Assembly: GCF_004010195.1 (NCBI RefSeq)
Contig: NC_057711.1
Span: forward strand, 81,324,714 to 81,353,561
DNA: 28,848 nucleotides
Direction: 5' to 3'
Origin: Chiloscyllium plagiosum
Lineage: Eukaryota
This document shows, one piece after another, positions 1 to 11,143 of this stretch (position 1 is its first letter; every line of letters starts with the position of its first letter). The notes beneath the pieces were generated by a model. That model worked only from the letters and a program-made list of their open reading frames with translations, made no database searches and had not been told where the DNA came from. A program made the position numbers and the translations under genes.

Positions 1-187
1 AATGTAAGGTGCTCTGCTCCAGGTGTAATTCAGTTGTCCACATTACTCAGCTTTAAGCAAAACATACCTTATTCTTAATAGTTAAAATACAAACTAAAGA
101 AAGAAGTGTTGGAATTTCTTAACTCTATTAGAAAACTTAACAGAATAATAGATTATTTTACTACTAAACAGTAACTTCTGCAATATA

Positions 188-1011
188 CAGTGGAACTTCA
201 ATTATCCAAATACCAATTATCCAAAAATCGGATTATCCGAAGGAGATCTCGAGGTCCCAACAGAAACATTACATCAAAGACATGTGTCCAACACTGACCG
301 CATCTTTTGTTTACAGTGATTAAAAGTGCTGCCCAGAACGTTCTGGACTGATGGGAGCACAGGCACCATCTTTAAATGACTGACTTCCCACCCTCTCTCT
401 CTCTATTCTCACACTTTCCCTGGAGTTCTACACAGTTCTACCTAAACACCCCTTCCCCAGATAATCTTTCTAACATTGTCCTGTACAGGGCAGAGGTGGA
501 ACCTGTCAAAAATTGCAGTAAATAGTTGTGCGCATTTGTTTGTGCTATTTGGAGACTCACCCCCACAAAAGCAGCAGCAACAGTAGCAGTCTTGTTGTTG
601 GTGTCCAGTCCGGCTTCCTGGAGAGGGGGCGGGGGTGGACGGGTGTTGTGAGAGGAGTGGGGGTGAGAGCGGGCAGAGGGCAGTGTTGGGGGAAGACGGA
701 GGGGGCTGTGTTGTGGTCAGACGGGGGTGATTTTGGGGACAGATGGGCGGGGTCAGGCGGGAGGCAGTGCTATAGGCAGATGGGGGGAGCGGACAGGGGG
801 CAGGCTGGGGTGCGGTGTTAGTGCAGATGCAGGGGCGGGCGGGTGAGGGCTTGCATGCGCTGTGCTGCTGCTATTAGTCTCCTGAATGGGGAGCAGACTT
901 AATAGAAAACCCCAAGCACCAGAGGAAAGACATTGAATCGATTAACCAAATAATCAATTATACAAACGAAATATTCCCTGCCCATCTCATTCAGATCATC
1001 AGGTTCCTCTG
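188..1011. mobile_element. Non-autonomous Tc1/mariner (Tigger/pogo-like) DNA transposon, 824 bp
   Basis: TA at 186-187 and 1012-1013 (TSD). Imperfect TIRs CAGTGGAACTTCAATTATCC / GATCATCAGGTTCCTCTG and repeated subterminal ATTATCC motifs. Both ends match the MITE at 17997-18174. Confidence 0.8.
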
Positions 1012-1163
1012 TAGTAACATTCTATAAACATACCCTTGGCAAAGGCATGGTCAGTAAACAGATTGTCTCACATGCAATTCTGACAACAGAAAGAGAACCC
1101 AGGCTTTTAGCTGTATTAGAGGAGTAGCATTTTCCACAAGCAGCAACTACTGAAAGCCCCAAA

Positions 1164-1404
1164 AACATCCTGGTAAATCTCTTCTGAACCCTCTCCAGTT
1201 TAAAAATATCCTTCCTATAACAGGGAGACCAGAATGGACATAGTATTCCAGAAGAGGCCTCACCAATGTCCTATACAACCTCAACAAAGCATCCTAACTC
1301 CTACATTCAAAGGTCTAAGATATGAAGTCAAGCATGCTAAACATCTTCTTAACAATCCTACCTATATGTGATGGAGCAGGAGAATCGACGTTTCAGGCAT
1401 AAGC
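1164..1404 (+). repeat. 241-bp direct copy of 3901-4141 (CR1 fragment plus PLE pLTR junction)
   Basis: Manual alignment gives 5 substitutions and no gaps in 241 bp. AAGC occurs at 1154-1157 and 1401-1404. Confidence 0.95.
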
Positions 1405-1749
1405 TAAATCAAAACCCTGGTTGTGTGAGAGCCTGACTCCACCCATTCATGCTGCTTCTATTGTTCCAACTTGTTTTAAAAAACCCAAGGCCTCACAAGC
1501 TGTATACTTCATTGGCTTGAAACAGACTGCCCCCCCATCTCTGTCTCAATCTTTCTTCATTAAAAAGAATGATAAAATATACCTCTTAAAGTCATAGTAT
1601 TGTCATCACATCAATATACAAACAACCACTTGTCGACATCACAGTGTTGGAAGGAAGAGAAAGAAATCAACTCATCAAATTGTGTGGCCCAGACTTGTGC
1701 TATCAAATTGTGTTTCTTGATTTATTTTCCTATTCCATCCTTAATATTC

Positions 1750-2026
1750 ATATGCGAGAGGGGGAATTTAAGAAGAAGTAGAATTCACATGATAAGGAGT
1801 TACAAGTTAACAATTAATATTTCTCAATTGTGATTGGTTAATAACAATTTGATTTTAATAAGCCTTAATTTTCTTACTAAATACAGAAACTTGGTGAGTA
1901 TTTTCTTTAATGACTTTGTCAGTCAGGTGCATTGGAGAATTTGGATAGTTTAACTCATTCTCTTCACACTTATGATGACTATAGTAATGCTTGATTTCTC
2001 ATGCACTACCCCAGTGAGTTATGACA
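1750..2026 (+). mobile_element. 3' part of the 5' LTR of a Gypsy retrotransposon
   Basis: Ends ...GAGTTATGACA just before a PBS-like motif. Shares GAAACTTGGTG, AGTCAGGT(G/A)CATTGG and CTTGATTT..CATGCACTAC with 6441-6723. Confidence 0.6.
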
Positions 2027-2030
2027 ATGT

Positions 2031-2051
2031 TCGGGGGTTCGTGACCAGGAT
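2031..2051 (+). promoter_or_regulatory. Degenerate primer-binding site, tRNA-Pro type
   Basis: TCGGGGGTTCGTGACCAGGAT resembles the canonical PBS-Pro TGGGGGCTCGTCCGGGAT and lies between the LTR end and the gag ATG. Confidence 0.6.
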
Positions 2052-2145
2052 ATTTTGGAACAAAGACAAGATAAGATTGGCTATAGGCATAGTGAATGAT
2101 AAAGGGGTAAAAGGAAACACCAGGCATTGTGGTATCAGAAATAAG

Positions 2146-2709
2146 ATGGCACTACAAACTGTAAAATCTTTCCTGCAGGTAGAAGAGAGAAATTTGCAAG
2201 CAATGCCAAAAGTCAGGTTGGTTGAATTGATCAATAAATTAGAAGTGGAATTGCCTGCAAATGTTAAGGGGGTGAAAATAATTGAAAGTCTAGCATGTCA
2301 TTTGAGATTGATACAAAAGCATCCAGGTACTTTAAATAGTGAGATATCGTAATCAGTTCATATACAGTTACTGTTAAAGCAGTTTCAGAATGAGAAAAGA
2401 ATGAAGAAAAGAATGGATGGAGTTACAAAAAGCAGAAAGACAAGGAGAGAGCAGAAAGAGACAAAGGACGAGCTGGAAAAAAAACAGGAATAGAAATGAG
2501 AAAGCCAGAATTAGAGATTCAAGGGAGGGAGAGAAAGAGAGAAAGAAATGTAATTTTAGCTTAAAATGATGCATTTGAGAAAAAGGGGACATCAGAAGCC
2601 AAAGAAGACTCTGATGAGGAATATTCTAGTTATAATATCATGCTCAGTCAGGAAATATTTAAGTTTGTCAGGCCTGCCAAAATTTGAGGGACATTTTTCA
2701 TGTCATTTG
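2146..2709 (+). pseudogene. Degenerate Gypsy gag N-terminus
   Basis: MALQTVKSFLQVEE...LVELINKLEVELPANVK, then an E/K/R-rich coiled-coil-type stretch and LPKF...FFMSF. Contains stops and frameshifts. Confidence 0.7.
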
Positions 2710-2800
2710 TGGAGACATCATAGAATTCCTACAATGTAGAAAGTGGCCACATGGCCCATTTAGTCTGCACTGACCCTCCAAAGAGCATCCTACCCGACAA

Positions 2801-3111
2801 ACTCGGTGGCACAGTGGTTAGCACTGCTGCCTCGCAGGGCCAGAGACCCAGGCTCAATTCCTGCCTCAGGTGAATCTCTGTGTGGAGTTTGCACATTCTC
2901 CCCGTGTCTGCGTGGGTTTCCTCTGGGTTCTCCGGTTTCCTCCAACAATCCAAAAATGTGCAGGTTAGGTGAATTGGCCATGCTAAATTGCCTGTAGTGT
3001 TAGGTAAAGAGGTAAATGTAGGAGAATGGGTTTGGGTGGGTTACGCTTCGGTGAGTTGGTGTGGACTTGTTGGGCCAAAGGGCCTTTCCACACTGTAAGT
3101 AATCTAATCTA
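2801..3111 (+). mobile_element. HE1-type tRNA-derived SINE
   Basis: A-box GGTGGCACAGTGG, B-box-like GGCTCAATTCC, core GTGTGGAGTTTGCACATTCTCCCCGTGTCTGCGTGGG and (AATCT)n tail. Confidence 0.9.
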
Positions 3112-4110
3112 CATTTAGCCCATCCACCTAACCATTATACCTTGGGAATAAGGGTGGAAACTAGAGCACCCGGCAGAAACCCATGCAGGCACAGGGACAA
3201 TGTGCAAACTTCACAAAGGTAGTAATAGAAGGCTGGAATTTAACTCAGGTCATAGAATCATACAGCACAGAAACAAGCCCTTTGGTCCAACCAGTCCATG
3301 TTGACCATAATCCCAAACTAAACAAGGCCCAACTGTCTGCATTTGGCCCATATCCCTCCAAGTATTTCTTATTCATGTATTTATCAAACAATCTGTTAAA
3401 TGCTGTAACTGTACCCACACTTACAACTTCCTCTGGAAGGTCATTCCATACACGAACCACTCTGTGTCAAAAGATTGCCAGTCATGTCTTTTTTCACCTT
3501 AAAAATATGCCCTGTCGTCTTGAAATTCCCACCCTACGAAAAGACACTTGCTATTCACTTAGTTTATATTCCTCATTATTTTATAAACATCTATACAGTC
3601 ACCTCTCAACCTTGTTTAGAGTCATAGAGTCATAGAGATGTACAGCATGGAAACAGACCCTTTGGTCCAACCTGCCCAACACAATCTAGTCCCATTTGCC
3701 AGCATTTGGCCCCTATCCCTCAACCCCTTCCTATTCATATACCCATTCAGATGCCTTATAAATGTTGCAATTGTACTAACCTCCACCACTTCCTCTGGCC
3801 AGCTCATTCCATACATGTACCACCCCCTACTATGATCCAGTGAAAAAAAAGTCCCAACCTATCTGGCCTCTCCTTATAACCCAAACCTTCTATTCCCAGC
3901 AACATCCTGGTAAATCTCTTCTGAACCCTCTCCAGTTTAAAAATATCCTTCCTATAACAGGGAGACCAGAATGGACATAGTATTCCAGAACAGGCCTCAC
4001 CAATGTCCTATACAACCTCAACAAAGCATCCTAACTCCTATATTCAAAGGTCTAAGATATGAAGTCAAGCACGCTAAACATCTTCTTAACAATCCTACCT
4101 ATATGTGATG

Positions 4111-4282
4111 GAGCAGGAAAATCGACGTTTCGGGCATAAGCCCTTCTTCAGGAAGATTCCTGAAGAAGGACTTATGCCCAAAACGTCAATTCTCCTGCTC
4201 CTCGAATGCTGCCAGGCCTGCTGCGCTTTTCCAGCACCATACATTTCAACTCTGGTCTCCAGCATCTACAGTCCTCACTTTC
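4111..4282 (+). mobile_element. Short PLE pLTR insertion with inverted 5' segment and hammerhead core
   Basis: 18-bp TSD TCCTACCTATATGTGATG (4093-4110, 4283-4300). Arms 4111-4154 and 4157-4200 are inverted. Confidence 0.85.
4121..4154 (-). ncRNA. Minimal hammerhead ribozyme motif (best-preserved copy)
   Basis: Minus strand reads TTC-CTGAAGA-A-GGGC TTAT GCCC-GAAA-C-GTC-GA: CUGANGA box, stem II, GAAA box, GUC triplet and a short stem I. Confidence 0.7.
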
Positions 4283-4787
4283 TCCTACCTATATGTGATG
4301 CCAACTTCAAAGAACTATGTACCTAAACTTATAGGCTCCTCTGTTCTACAAGACTGCCCAACGTCCTACTTTTAGTTGTGTAACTCTTGTTTTGTTTGCT
4401 TTACCAAAATGCAATACCTCACATTCATCCAAATTAAGCTCCATTCGCCACTCTTCAGCCCATTGACACAATTGACCAAGACCTCTTTGTATTCTTAGAC
4501 AACCTTATTTGTTGTCCACTGTGTTACCTATCTTAGTATTATCCACAAACTTACTAACTATGCTTTCTATATTGTCATCTAAATCATTTATAGAAATGAC
4601 AAACAAAAGTGAGCATCACTGATCATGGGCCTCCAGTCCAAAGAACAAGCCTTCACCCTCACTCTCTTTCTCCTGCCATTAAGCCAATTTTGTATCCAAT
4701 TAGTAAGTTCATCTGGTCCCTAGTTTCGTGAGGTACCAGTGCTAACCAATATGCCACCATGCTGCCTTTCATTGTTCATGTCATTTG

Positions 4788-5182
4788 GAAATAATCAATA
4801 GTTTGTGTATGAAACAATTAAAGTCAACTCCTCTTATCTGCAAACACAGGGAGCTTTGGAGAGATACCATCAGAATCTAAAAATCATATTTAAAACATAT
4901 CGTCATGAATGGCCACAGAATTGGGATGAAGGATTAGATTTTTTAATCTTCTACAAGAGATTTTTCAAAATCAATCTATTGAATTTCATCCATTCAAATT
5001 AATCTATTGCCATGAAATAAGATGTCCATTAAAATGGATTAAGGAAATCTAAAAGTTCTAATCGAGAAAGACATGCTCAATATTGGATTGCATGTCCATA
5101 TTCCTAGAGAAGCTCACAGGGAAATGTAAATTAAAACAAGAGCAGTTAAAATATTCAAAGCAAGCAAGACAGAACATAATAA
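4788..5182 (+). pseudogene. Degenerate Gypsy integrase core, C-terminal part
   Basis: EIINSLCMKQLKST / YLQTQGALERYHQNLKIIFKTYRHEWPQNWDEGLDFLIF matches the YHPQSQGxxERxHxTLK…W pattern around the catalytic Glu. Confidence 0.85.
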
Positions 5183-6440
5183 GGCAAGAACTAGGAGCAG
5201 GACTTGGATATTTAGCCCTTTGAGCTGACTCCACCATTTGATACAATCATAATTGATCTCATTACAGGTCCAACTCCATTTGCCTATTCTTCTCCATCCC
5301 TTCAACTCATTGCTGATTAAAAATCTGACTGTCTCCTTCTTAAATTTACTCACTACCTCCACTGCACTCTAGGGCAGTGAATTCCATAGATTCATAACTC
5401 TTTGAGAAAAGTGACTTCTCATCATCTGTTTTAAATCTGGTACCCCCTTATCTTAAAACTATGACTTTGAGTAACAAATGCCAATTTACTTTCCTAACTA
5501 TGTCCTGTATCTGAATACTAGCTTTCAGTGATCCATGCATGGAGATACCGAGATCCCTCTGCATTGCAGCTTCTCTGAATTTTCTTTACCTTTCTATTCC
5601 TCAGACCAAAGTGGAAAATCTCACCCTTATCCACAAAAATATCCACTGCCAAATTTTGATCTACTTATCTATCCATATATGTTGTAAATTGTTTATCTCT
5701 TTATTGCAACTTACCTTCTCACTTATTTTAGTGTCATCTACAAATTTGGCAACAGTACTTACTATCCCTGCATCCACATCATTAGTGGGCAGCACGGTGG
5801 CACAGTGGTTAGCATGGCTGCCTCACAGTGCCAGAGATCCAGGTTCAATTCCCGCCTCAGGCGACTGACTGTGTGGGGTTTGCACGTTCTCCCCATGTCT
5901 GCGTGGGTTTCCTCCGGGTGCTCTGGTTTCCTCCCACAGTCCAAAGATGTGCAGGTCAGGTGAATTGGCCATGCTAAATTGCCCGTACTGTTAGGTAAGG
6001 GGTAAATGTAGGGGTATGGGTGGGTTGTGCTTCGGCGGGGCAGTGTGGACTTGTTGGGCCGAAGGGCCTGTTTCCACACTATAAGTAATCTAATCATAAA
6101 TATGGATTGAAAATAGTTGGGGTTCAAGAACTGAACTGTGCCCCCCCCCATCCCACCCCACCATTAGTTACACCGTGCCAACCAGAAAAAAAGATCCATT
6201 CATCCCAATTCTCAGTTTTCTGTTAGTTAGCCAAACCTCTATCCAAGGTAATAAGTTGCTCCTAAGAACAAATGATCTTACCTTGTGAATTAACCTTTTG
6301 TGCTGTACTTCATCAGATGCTTTCTGAAATCAGACACACCATATCTACATAGTCCCCAGTATCCACATTTGCTATGCTAGCTACATAGACTCTAGAAAAT
6401 TAGTCAAAGCTGATTTGCCCTTCATAAAAACATGTTGACT
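5183..6440 (-). mobile_element. Old CR1 LINE 3' fragment, interrupted by an HE1 SINE
   Basis: Minus ORF EVVSKFKKETVRFL…, CR1 3' tail …TCCTGCTCCTAGTTCTT and RT remnants. Confidence 0.75.
5787..6095 (+). mobile_element. HE1-type SINE, full length
   Basis: GGGCAGCACGGTGGCACAGTGGTTAGC head, GGTTCAATTCC B-box and TAATCTAATC tail. Confidence 0.92.
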
Positions 6441-6723
6441 CTGAGTTTGTGTGTCTGTATGTGAAAGGGACTATTTGAGAAGAGGTAGAGTTTAAGTCTT
6501 AAGAGAGCTGTACATTAGAAATTCATATTTCCTAATTAAAATTGATTAAAAATAGTTTGCTTGCAGTTATTTTCATTTTGAAACTTGGTGTGTGTGTGTT
6601 TGGTTTTTAATCTGAATTTATTAGTCAGGTACATTGGCAACTTTGACTAAATCTTTTCATATTTGTGACAACCTTTGGGGATAGTGGGACTTGATTTACC
6701 ATGCACTACATCAGCAATTCACA
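6441..6723 (+). mobile_element. Diverged LTR homologous to 1750-2026 (candidate 3' LTR)
   Basis: Collinear shared blocks with 1750-2026; ends in CA. Confidence 0.55.
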
Positions 6724-6737
6724 TAAGTGGAACAGCG

Positions 6738-7665
6738 CTTGACATCAGAGCAGCATTTGACTGAAGTCAATGGAAATTGGGAGAAACTGACAACTGGTCA
6801 GAATCAAATCAAGCACAGATGATGATGGCTGAGGCTGTTGAAGGTTAATGATCTCAATTCTGAGCCATCAAAAAAAATGTTCCTCAGGATAATGTCCTAG
6901 GCATAACCATCTTCAGTTGCTTCATTATTGCCACTTCATCCATCAAAAGTGGGATGTTTATAAATAACCGTACGATATTCAGTATTATTTTCACCATTTC
7001 AGGTACTGAAGCACTCAGTGTTCATGTGCAGTAACAAAATCAGAGATTGCTAGCAAAACTCTGAGGTCTAGCAGCATCTGTGGAGAGAAGACAGAGTTAA
7101 TGTTGAGTCAGGTGACTCTTGATCAGAATCTTCATTAGTTTCTGTTTTTGTTTCAGATCTCCAGCAGCTGCATTTCTGTCTTATTCGTATGCAGAAAATC
7201 TGAACAAAATTTAGGCTTGGGCTGACAAGTAGCAAGTCACCCAGGTGTTAAGCAATGATTAACCATCTTTCCATGACATTCAACAGCATTGGCATAATTT
7301 AATTCTTTACCATCAACAACTTTGGGGTTGCCAATAACTAGAAACTTAACTGGAACAGCCATATAGAAACTATGCTCACCAGGACAGGTCAGAGGCGAGA
7401 ATTCAGTGGAATAATTCCTCTCCTGAGTTCCCAAAGCCTATCCACCATTTACAAGACACAGTCAGGAATGTGATGAAATCACCTGGATGAGTGCACCTCC
7501 AAAAATACTCAAGAAGTTTGAAACCAACCAGATCAAAGCAGGCCACTGCAATGGTACCGTCTGATACTTTAAAAATTCACTCCCTTCACCAAAAGCGTAC
7601 AAAGCAACAATGCAAAATGTAATACAACAACTTCCCAAGGCTGTTTAGACAGTACCTGCCAAACT
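6738..7665 (+). mobile_element. Ancient CR1/L2-clade LINE RT remnant with an old PLE-type insert at about 7030-7180
   Basis: Decayed LDIRAAFD and VPQDNVLG.TIFSCFI RT motifs. Confidence 0.6.
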
Positions 7666-8685
7666 GCAGGAAAGTTGAGTTGAGGTCACAAACAAATTTG
7701 CCGTAATCTTATCAAACTGTAACAGAGGATCAAGAGGCTGAAGGGCCTCCTCCTGCTCCTAATTCTTGTGTTCTTGTCAAACAACTCCTATAGGCTCCTT
7801 ATAGTTTAAAATTAAAATCCATTCTATAGCAAATACAATTCTGAAAAGAGCCATTAAAGGTTTCATAATATATTAGAAAAAGTCAGATTAGTTTGCGTGT
7901 GAGTAATTCAGACATTACTATCTAATTATGATTATGGTTGTTGGAGATTAGAAAAGATACTTGATTCAATTTGAAGACAATACAAGGTTACAACTACACA
8001 TTTATTGCTTATCCACAATTACTTTTATGTCTTTCTGTGTAGCAGTGAGCCTTCTTCTTGAACTATGCAGACCATGTGACAAAGGTTCTTCCATATTGCT
8101 GTTGTTGATTTTCAGGGTACGTGATCGGTATTACTTATAGCAGGCAGTTGATGATTGGTAAGTGGTTTTCTGATAATTTAGTGAGTTTTTTAAGAAGCAG
8201 CAATTTAAATATGATACATTAGTTAATTAGATAAAGGAAGTATACAAACCTGAAACTTGGGGAGGGTTTACTGATACCAGAAGACAAACATCTGTCGGTG
8301 AGGAATATTTTGGCCTCGTTAAACTGGTAGAGGCAGCAGCTTGTCCTCGAACTGAGGTGTTAGGGAACTCTTTCTCATCTATTTCTCTTCTTCTTCTTGC
8401 CTGTCTTCCATCTGTCTTGAAAGGGACTCAGTATGATACTTTGTTTAATGATGCACCTGTAAAATGCCTTGGAATTTTTCATTATTTAAATATGTTACAT
8501 AAATATAAGTTGCATTTGTTTTTATTTTTGTTTTTGCAAGTGGAACACTTCTGTTTGTCCAGGTTCTACCAGAATCATTGGAAGCATTTAGCCTGCCTAT
8601 TCTTTAAGGAGTTCCCTCACAGCTTTTATAAGACCCCAAAGGTTTGACAATTTGTGTTCCCTAAATGGTAGGCCAAAATAATAAC

Positions 8686-8712
8686 ATTATTATTATTATT
8701 ATTATTATTATT
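8686..8712 (+). repeat. (ATT)9 microsatellite
   Basis: Read directly from the sequence. Confidence 0.95.
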
Positions 8713-8803
8713 AATAAACCACGTGAATGTAAACAGACAGCAGTACTGACTGTTGCAATTGGGGCCTGTTCAAAAATCAGACTGGGCTGAACTCAGTTGC
8801 CAA

Positions 8804-9452
8804 AAAGTGTGGCGCTGGAAAATCACAGCAAGTCAGGCAACATCCGAGGGGCAGGAAAGTTGACGTTTTGGGCATAAGCCATTTGTCAGGAATGTCATGA
8901 AGCTCTTCATCACACATTCTCAACGAAGGAGGAGAAAGTGAGGGTTGCAGATGCTGGAGATCAGAATCAAAAGGTGTGGCACTGGAAAAACACAGCCAGG
9001 TCAGGTAGCATCCGAAGAGCAGGAGAATTAATGTTTTGAGCGTAAGCTCTTCATCAGGAACATGTGAGGGTGTGGGGGCGGCAAAGGGGGCTGAGAGATA
9101 AATGGGAGGGGTGTCGGACTGGGGGAAGGTAGCTAGGAATGCAATAGGTGGATGAAGGTGATAGGCCAGACAGGAAGGTGGAACGGATAAGTGAGAAGGA
9201 AGATGGACAGGTAGCATAGTTTAAGAGCACGATGTCAAGTTGGCAGGTTGGATCTGGGATAAGGTGGGGGAAGGGAAATGAGGAAATTGACATTGATGCC
9301 ATGAGGTTGAAAGGTCCCAAGGCAGAAGATGAGGTGTTCTTCCTCCAGTTGTCGGGTGGCTAGGGTTTGGTTGTGGAGGAGGCCCAGGGTTGCATGCCTT
9401 TGGCGGAGTGGGAGGAGGAGTTGAAGTGATTGGCCACGGGCAGTGGGGTTGT
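8804..9452 (-). mobile_element. Inverted PLE segments: partial pLTR (8804-8893) and 3' end with endonuclease C-terminus plus pLTR (8927-9452)
   Basis: Reverse complement aligns with 10328-10836. Contains the PVANHFNS-coding segment and a degenerate CTGATGA…AAA core. Confidence 0.85.
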
Positions 9453-9560
9453 AAACTCCTCCAGCCCCTACACCCTCCCTAACTCTGTAACCTCATCCAG
9501 ACCCTACATTCATCCCAATCTCTGTGATCTCCTCCAGCCCCTACAACCCTCCCTATACTT
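9453..9560 (+). repeat. Three diverged copies of a ~35-bp unit (CTCTGTAACCTCCTCCAGCCCCTACAACCCTCCCTA-like)
   Basis: CTCCTCCAGCCCCTACA variants at about 9456, 9491 and 9529. Confidence 0.7.
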
Positions 9561-9689
9561 GTAAAACTCACCTCATTAATGAACTACTCTGCTACATGAC
9601 TCCTCTCTGGCCCGATTATAGCCCCATCCACCATCACCATTCCCAGAACAAGAAGCATCAGCTAAGATCTCACAGAATTGAAATCATCC

Positions 9690-10836
9690 CAGGCCCTGAT
9701 GCCATCTACGCAATTCCTTACTCTCAATTCCTCCGCCTTCTCCGCATCTGCTCAGGATAACCAATTCCACTCCAGAAAATCCCAGATGGCCACCTCCTTC
9801 AAGGACCACAATTTCCCCTCCCAGGTGGTCAACAATGCCCTCCGGCACATCTCCTCTACTTCCCACCCCTTCTTGAACCCCACCNNNNNNNNNNNNNNCC
9901 CGCTCAGGTCCTCACCTTCCACCCCACCAATCTCCAGATACAACGCTACATCCTCCACCATTTCTGCTACTTACAGTCAGACCCTACTACCAGAGATATA
10001 TTTCCCTCCCCAACCCTTTCAGCATTCCGTAGAGACAATTTCCACCGTAACTCCCTTGTTAGGTCCATGACCCCCAACAACCCACCCACCACTCACGGCA
10101 CCTTCCTTTGCCACTGCAAGAGGTGTAAAACCTGCGCACACACCTTCCCTATCACCTCTATCCAAGGGCACAAAGGATCCTTCCACATCCTACAGAGATT
10201 TTCCTGCACCTCAAAACACCTCATCTACACTGTCCGTTGCTCTCGATGTTGTCTCATCTACATTGGGGAGACAGGATGCCAACTTGTGGAATGTTTCAAA
10301 GAACATCTCTGGAACACGTGCACCAAACAACCCCATGGCCCTGTGGCCAATCACTTCAACTTCTCCTCCCACTGCACCAAGGACATGCAAATCCTGGGCC
10401 TCCACCATCAAATCCTAGCCAACCAATGACTGGAGGTAGAACACCTCATCCTCCACCTTGGGACCCTCCAACCACACGGGATCGATGTTGATTTCACCAG
10501 TTTCCTCATCTCCCCTCCCCCTATCTTATCCCAGATGCAACCCTCCAACTCGGCACCACCCTCTTCAACTGTCCTACCTGTCCATCTTTCTTACCACCTA
10601 TCTGCTCCACCCTCCACTCTGAACTATCACTAACACCCCTAACTTCATCTACCTATCCCATTCCTAGTTACCTTCCCTACCCCTCTCAAACCCCTTGGCA
10701 CGCTCCCCCAACATTCCTGATGAAGATCTTATGCTCGAAACATCGACTCTCCTGCTCCACAGCCTGACCTGCTGTGTTCTTCCAGTGCCACATATTTTGA
10801 CTCTGATCTCTAACATCTGTAGTTCTCACTTTTTCT
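9690..10836 (+). mobile_element. Penelope-like element 3' half: RT thumb, Cys linker, GIY-YIG endonuclease and pLTR (degenerate)
   Basis: AIPYSQFLRLLRICS; CKRCKTC; LIYTVRCSRCCLIYIGETG…EH…PVANHFN; pLTR with CTGATGA…GAAAC at about 10717. 14-N gap at 9885-9898. Confidence 0.92.
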
Positions 10837-11143
10837 CTGGGCTGAACTCAATTGTCAATTCAACACTAACTTTGTTAAAGAACTTTTGTCTCACGTCCCC
10901 TTACTTTAGAAAACACATGGAAAAATTACCCCAACAACTCAATGTTATCCTGTATACTATCTTGGCAATTTCCAGAGTTATTAACAGTTAATTTATTAAT
11001 ATTTGATTAATGATATTTTATTATTTATTAATAGTTATTAACAGATGAACAGTATTAAATTGGAAAGCATTAACAGATTCATGAGTTTCTCAATAATCAT
11101 GTGTGCAAGCTGTGGCTGATGGCTGTAACAAGTAAATATTTCA

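Larger units (their letters stand above)
1..1610 (-). mobile_element. Probable LTR of an LTR retrotransposon (continues past window start), interrupted by a MITE (188-1011) and a 241-bp templated insert (1164-1404)
   Basis: The minus strand starts TGTGATGACAATACTATGACTTTAAGAGG at 1610 (TG start). The sequence is non-coding, and its flanks rejoin across both inserts. It resembles shark LTRs from memory; not verified by search. Confidence 0.45.
3250..4712 (-). mobile_element. CR1/HER1 LINE 3' portion, with a second CR1 3' end nested at about 3617-3825
   Basis: Minus ORFs VRVWNDLPEEVVSVGTVTAFNRLFDKYM and PEEVVEVSTIATFIRHLNGYM match the CR1 ORF2 C-terminus. (CTATGA(C/T)T)n-type tails are present. 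Confidence 0.9.
2718..4766 (-). mobile_element. Older HE1-type SINE split into 2718-2800, 3112-3250 and 4713-4766 by nested insertions
   Basis: Tail, body and tRNA head (…GTGCTAACCAATATGCCACCATGCTGCC) are collinear. A 13-bp direct repeat TTCATGTCATTTG lies at 2697-2709 and 4775-4787. Confidence 0.75.

Noticed and set aside
528..821. 97-aa Gly/Arg-rich ORF
   Set aside because: A by-product of the G-rich low-complexity interior of the MITE; non-ATG start and no domain.
9453..9560. ~35-bp repeats as a CRISPR-like array
   Set aside because: Tandem diverged units without unique spacers, in eukaryotic context with no cas genes.
10067..10429. GIY-YIG ORF as a functional nuclease gene
   Set aside because: Part of a frameshifted, stop-containing PLE; the conserved Arg after YIGET is lost.
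10975..11045. AT-rich stretch with repeated AGTTATTAACAG
   Set aside because: Low-complexity slippage or repair scar; no TIR or other supporting structure.
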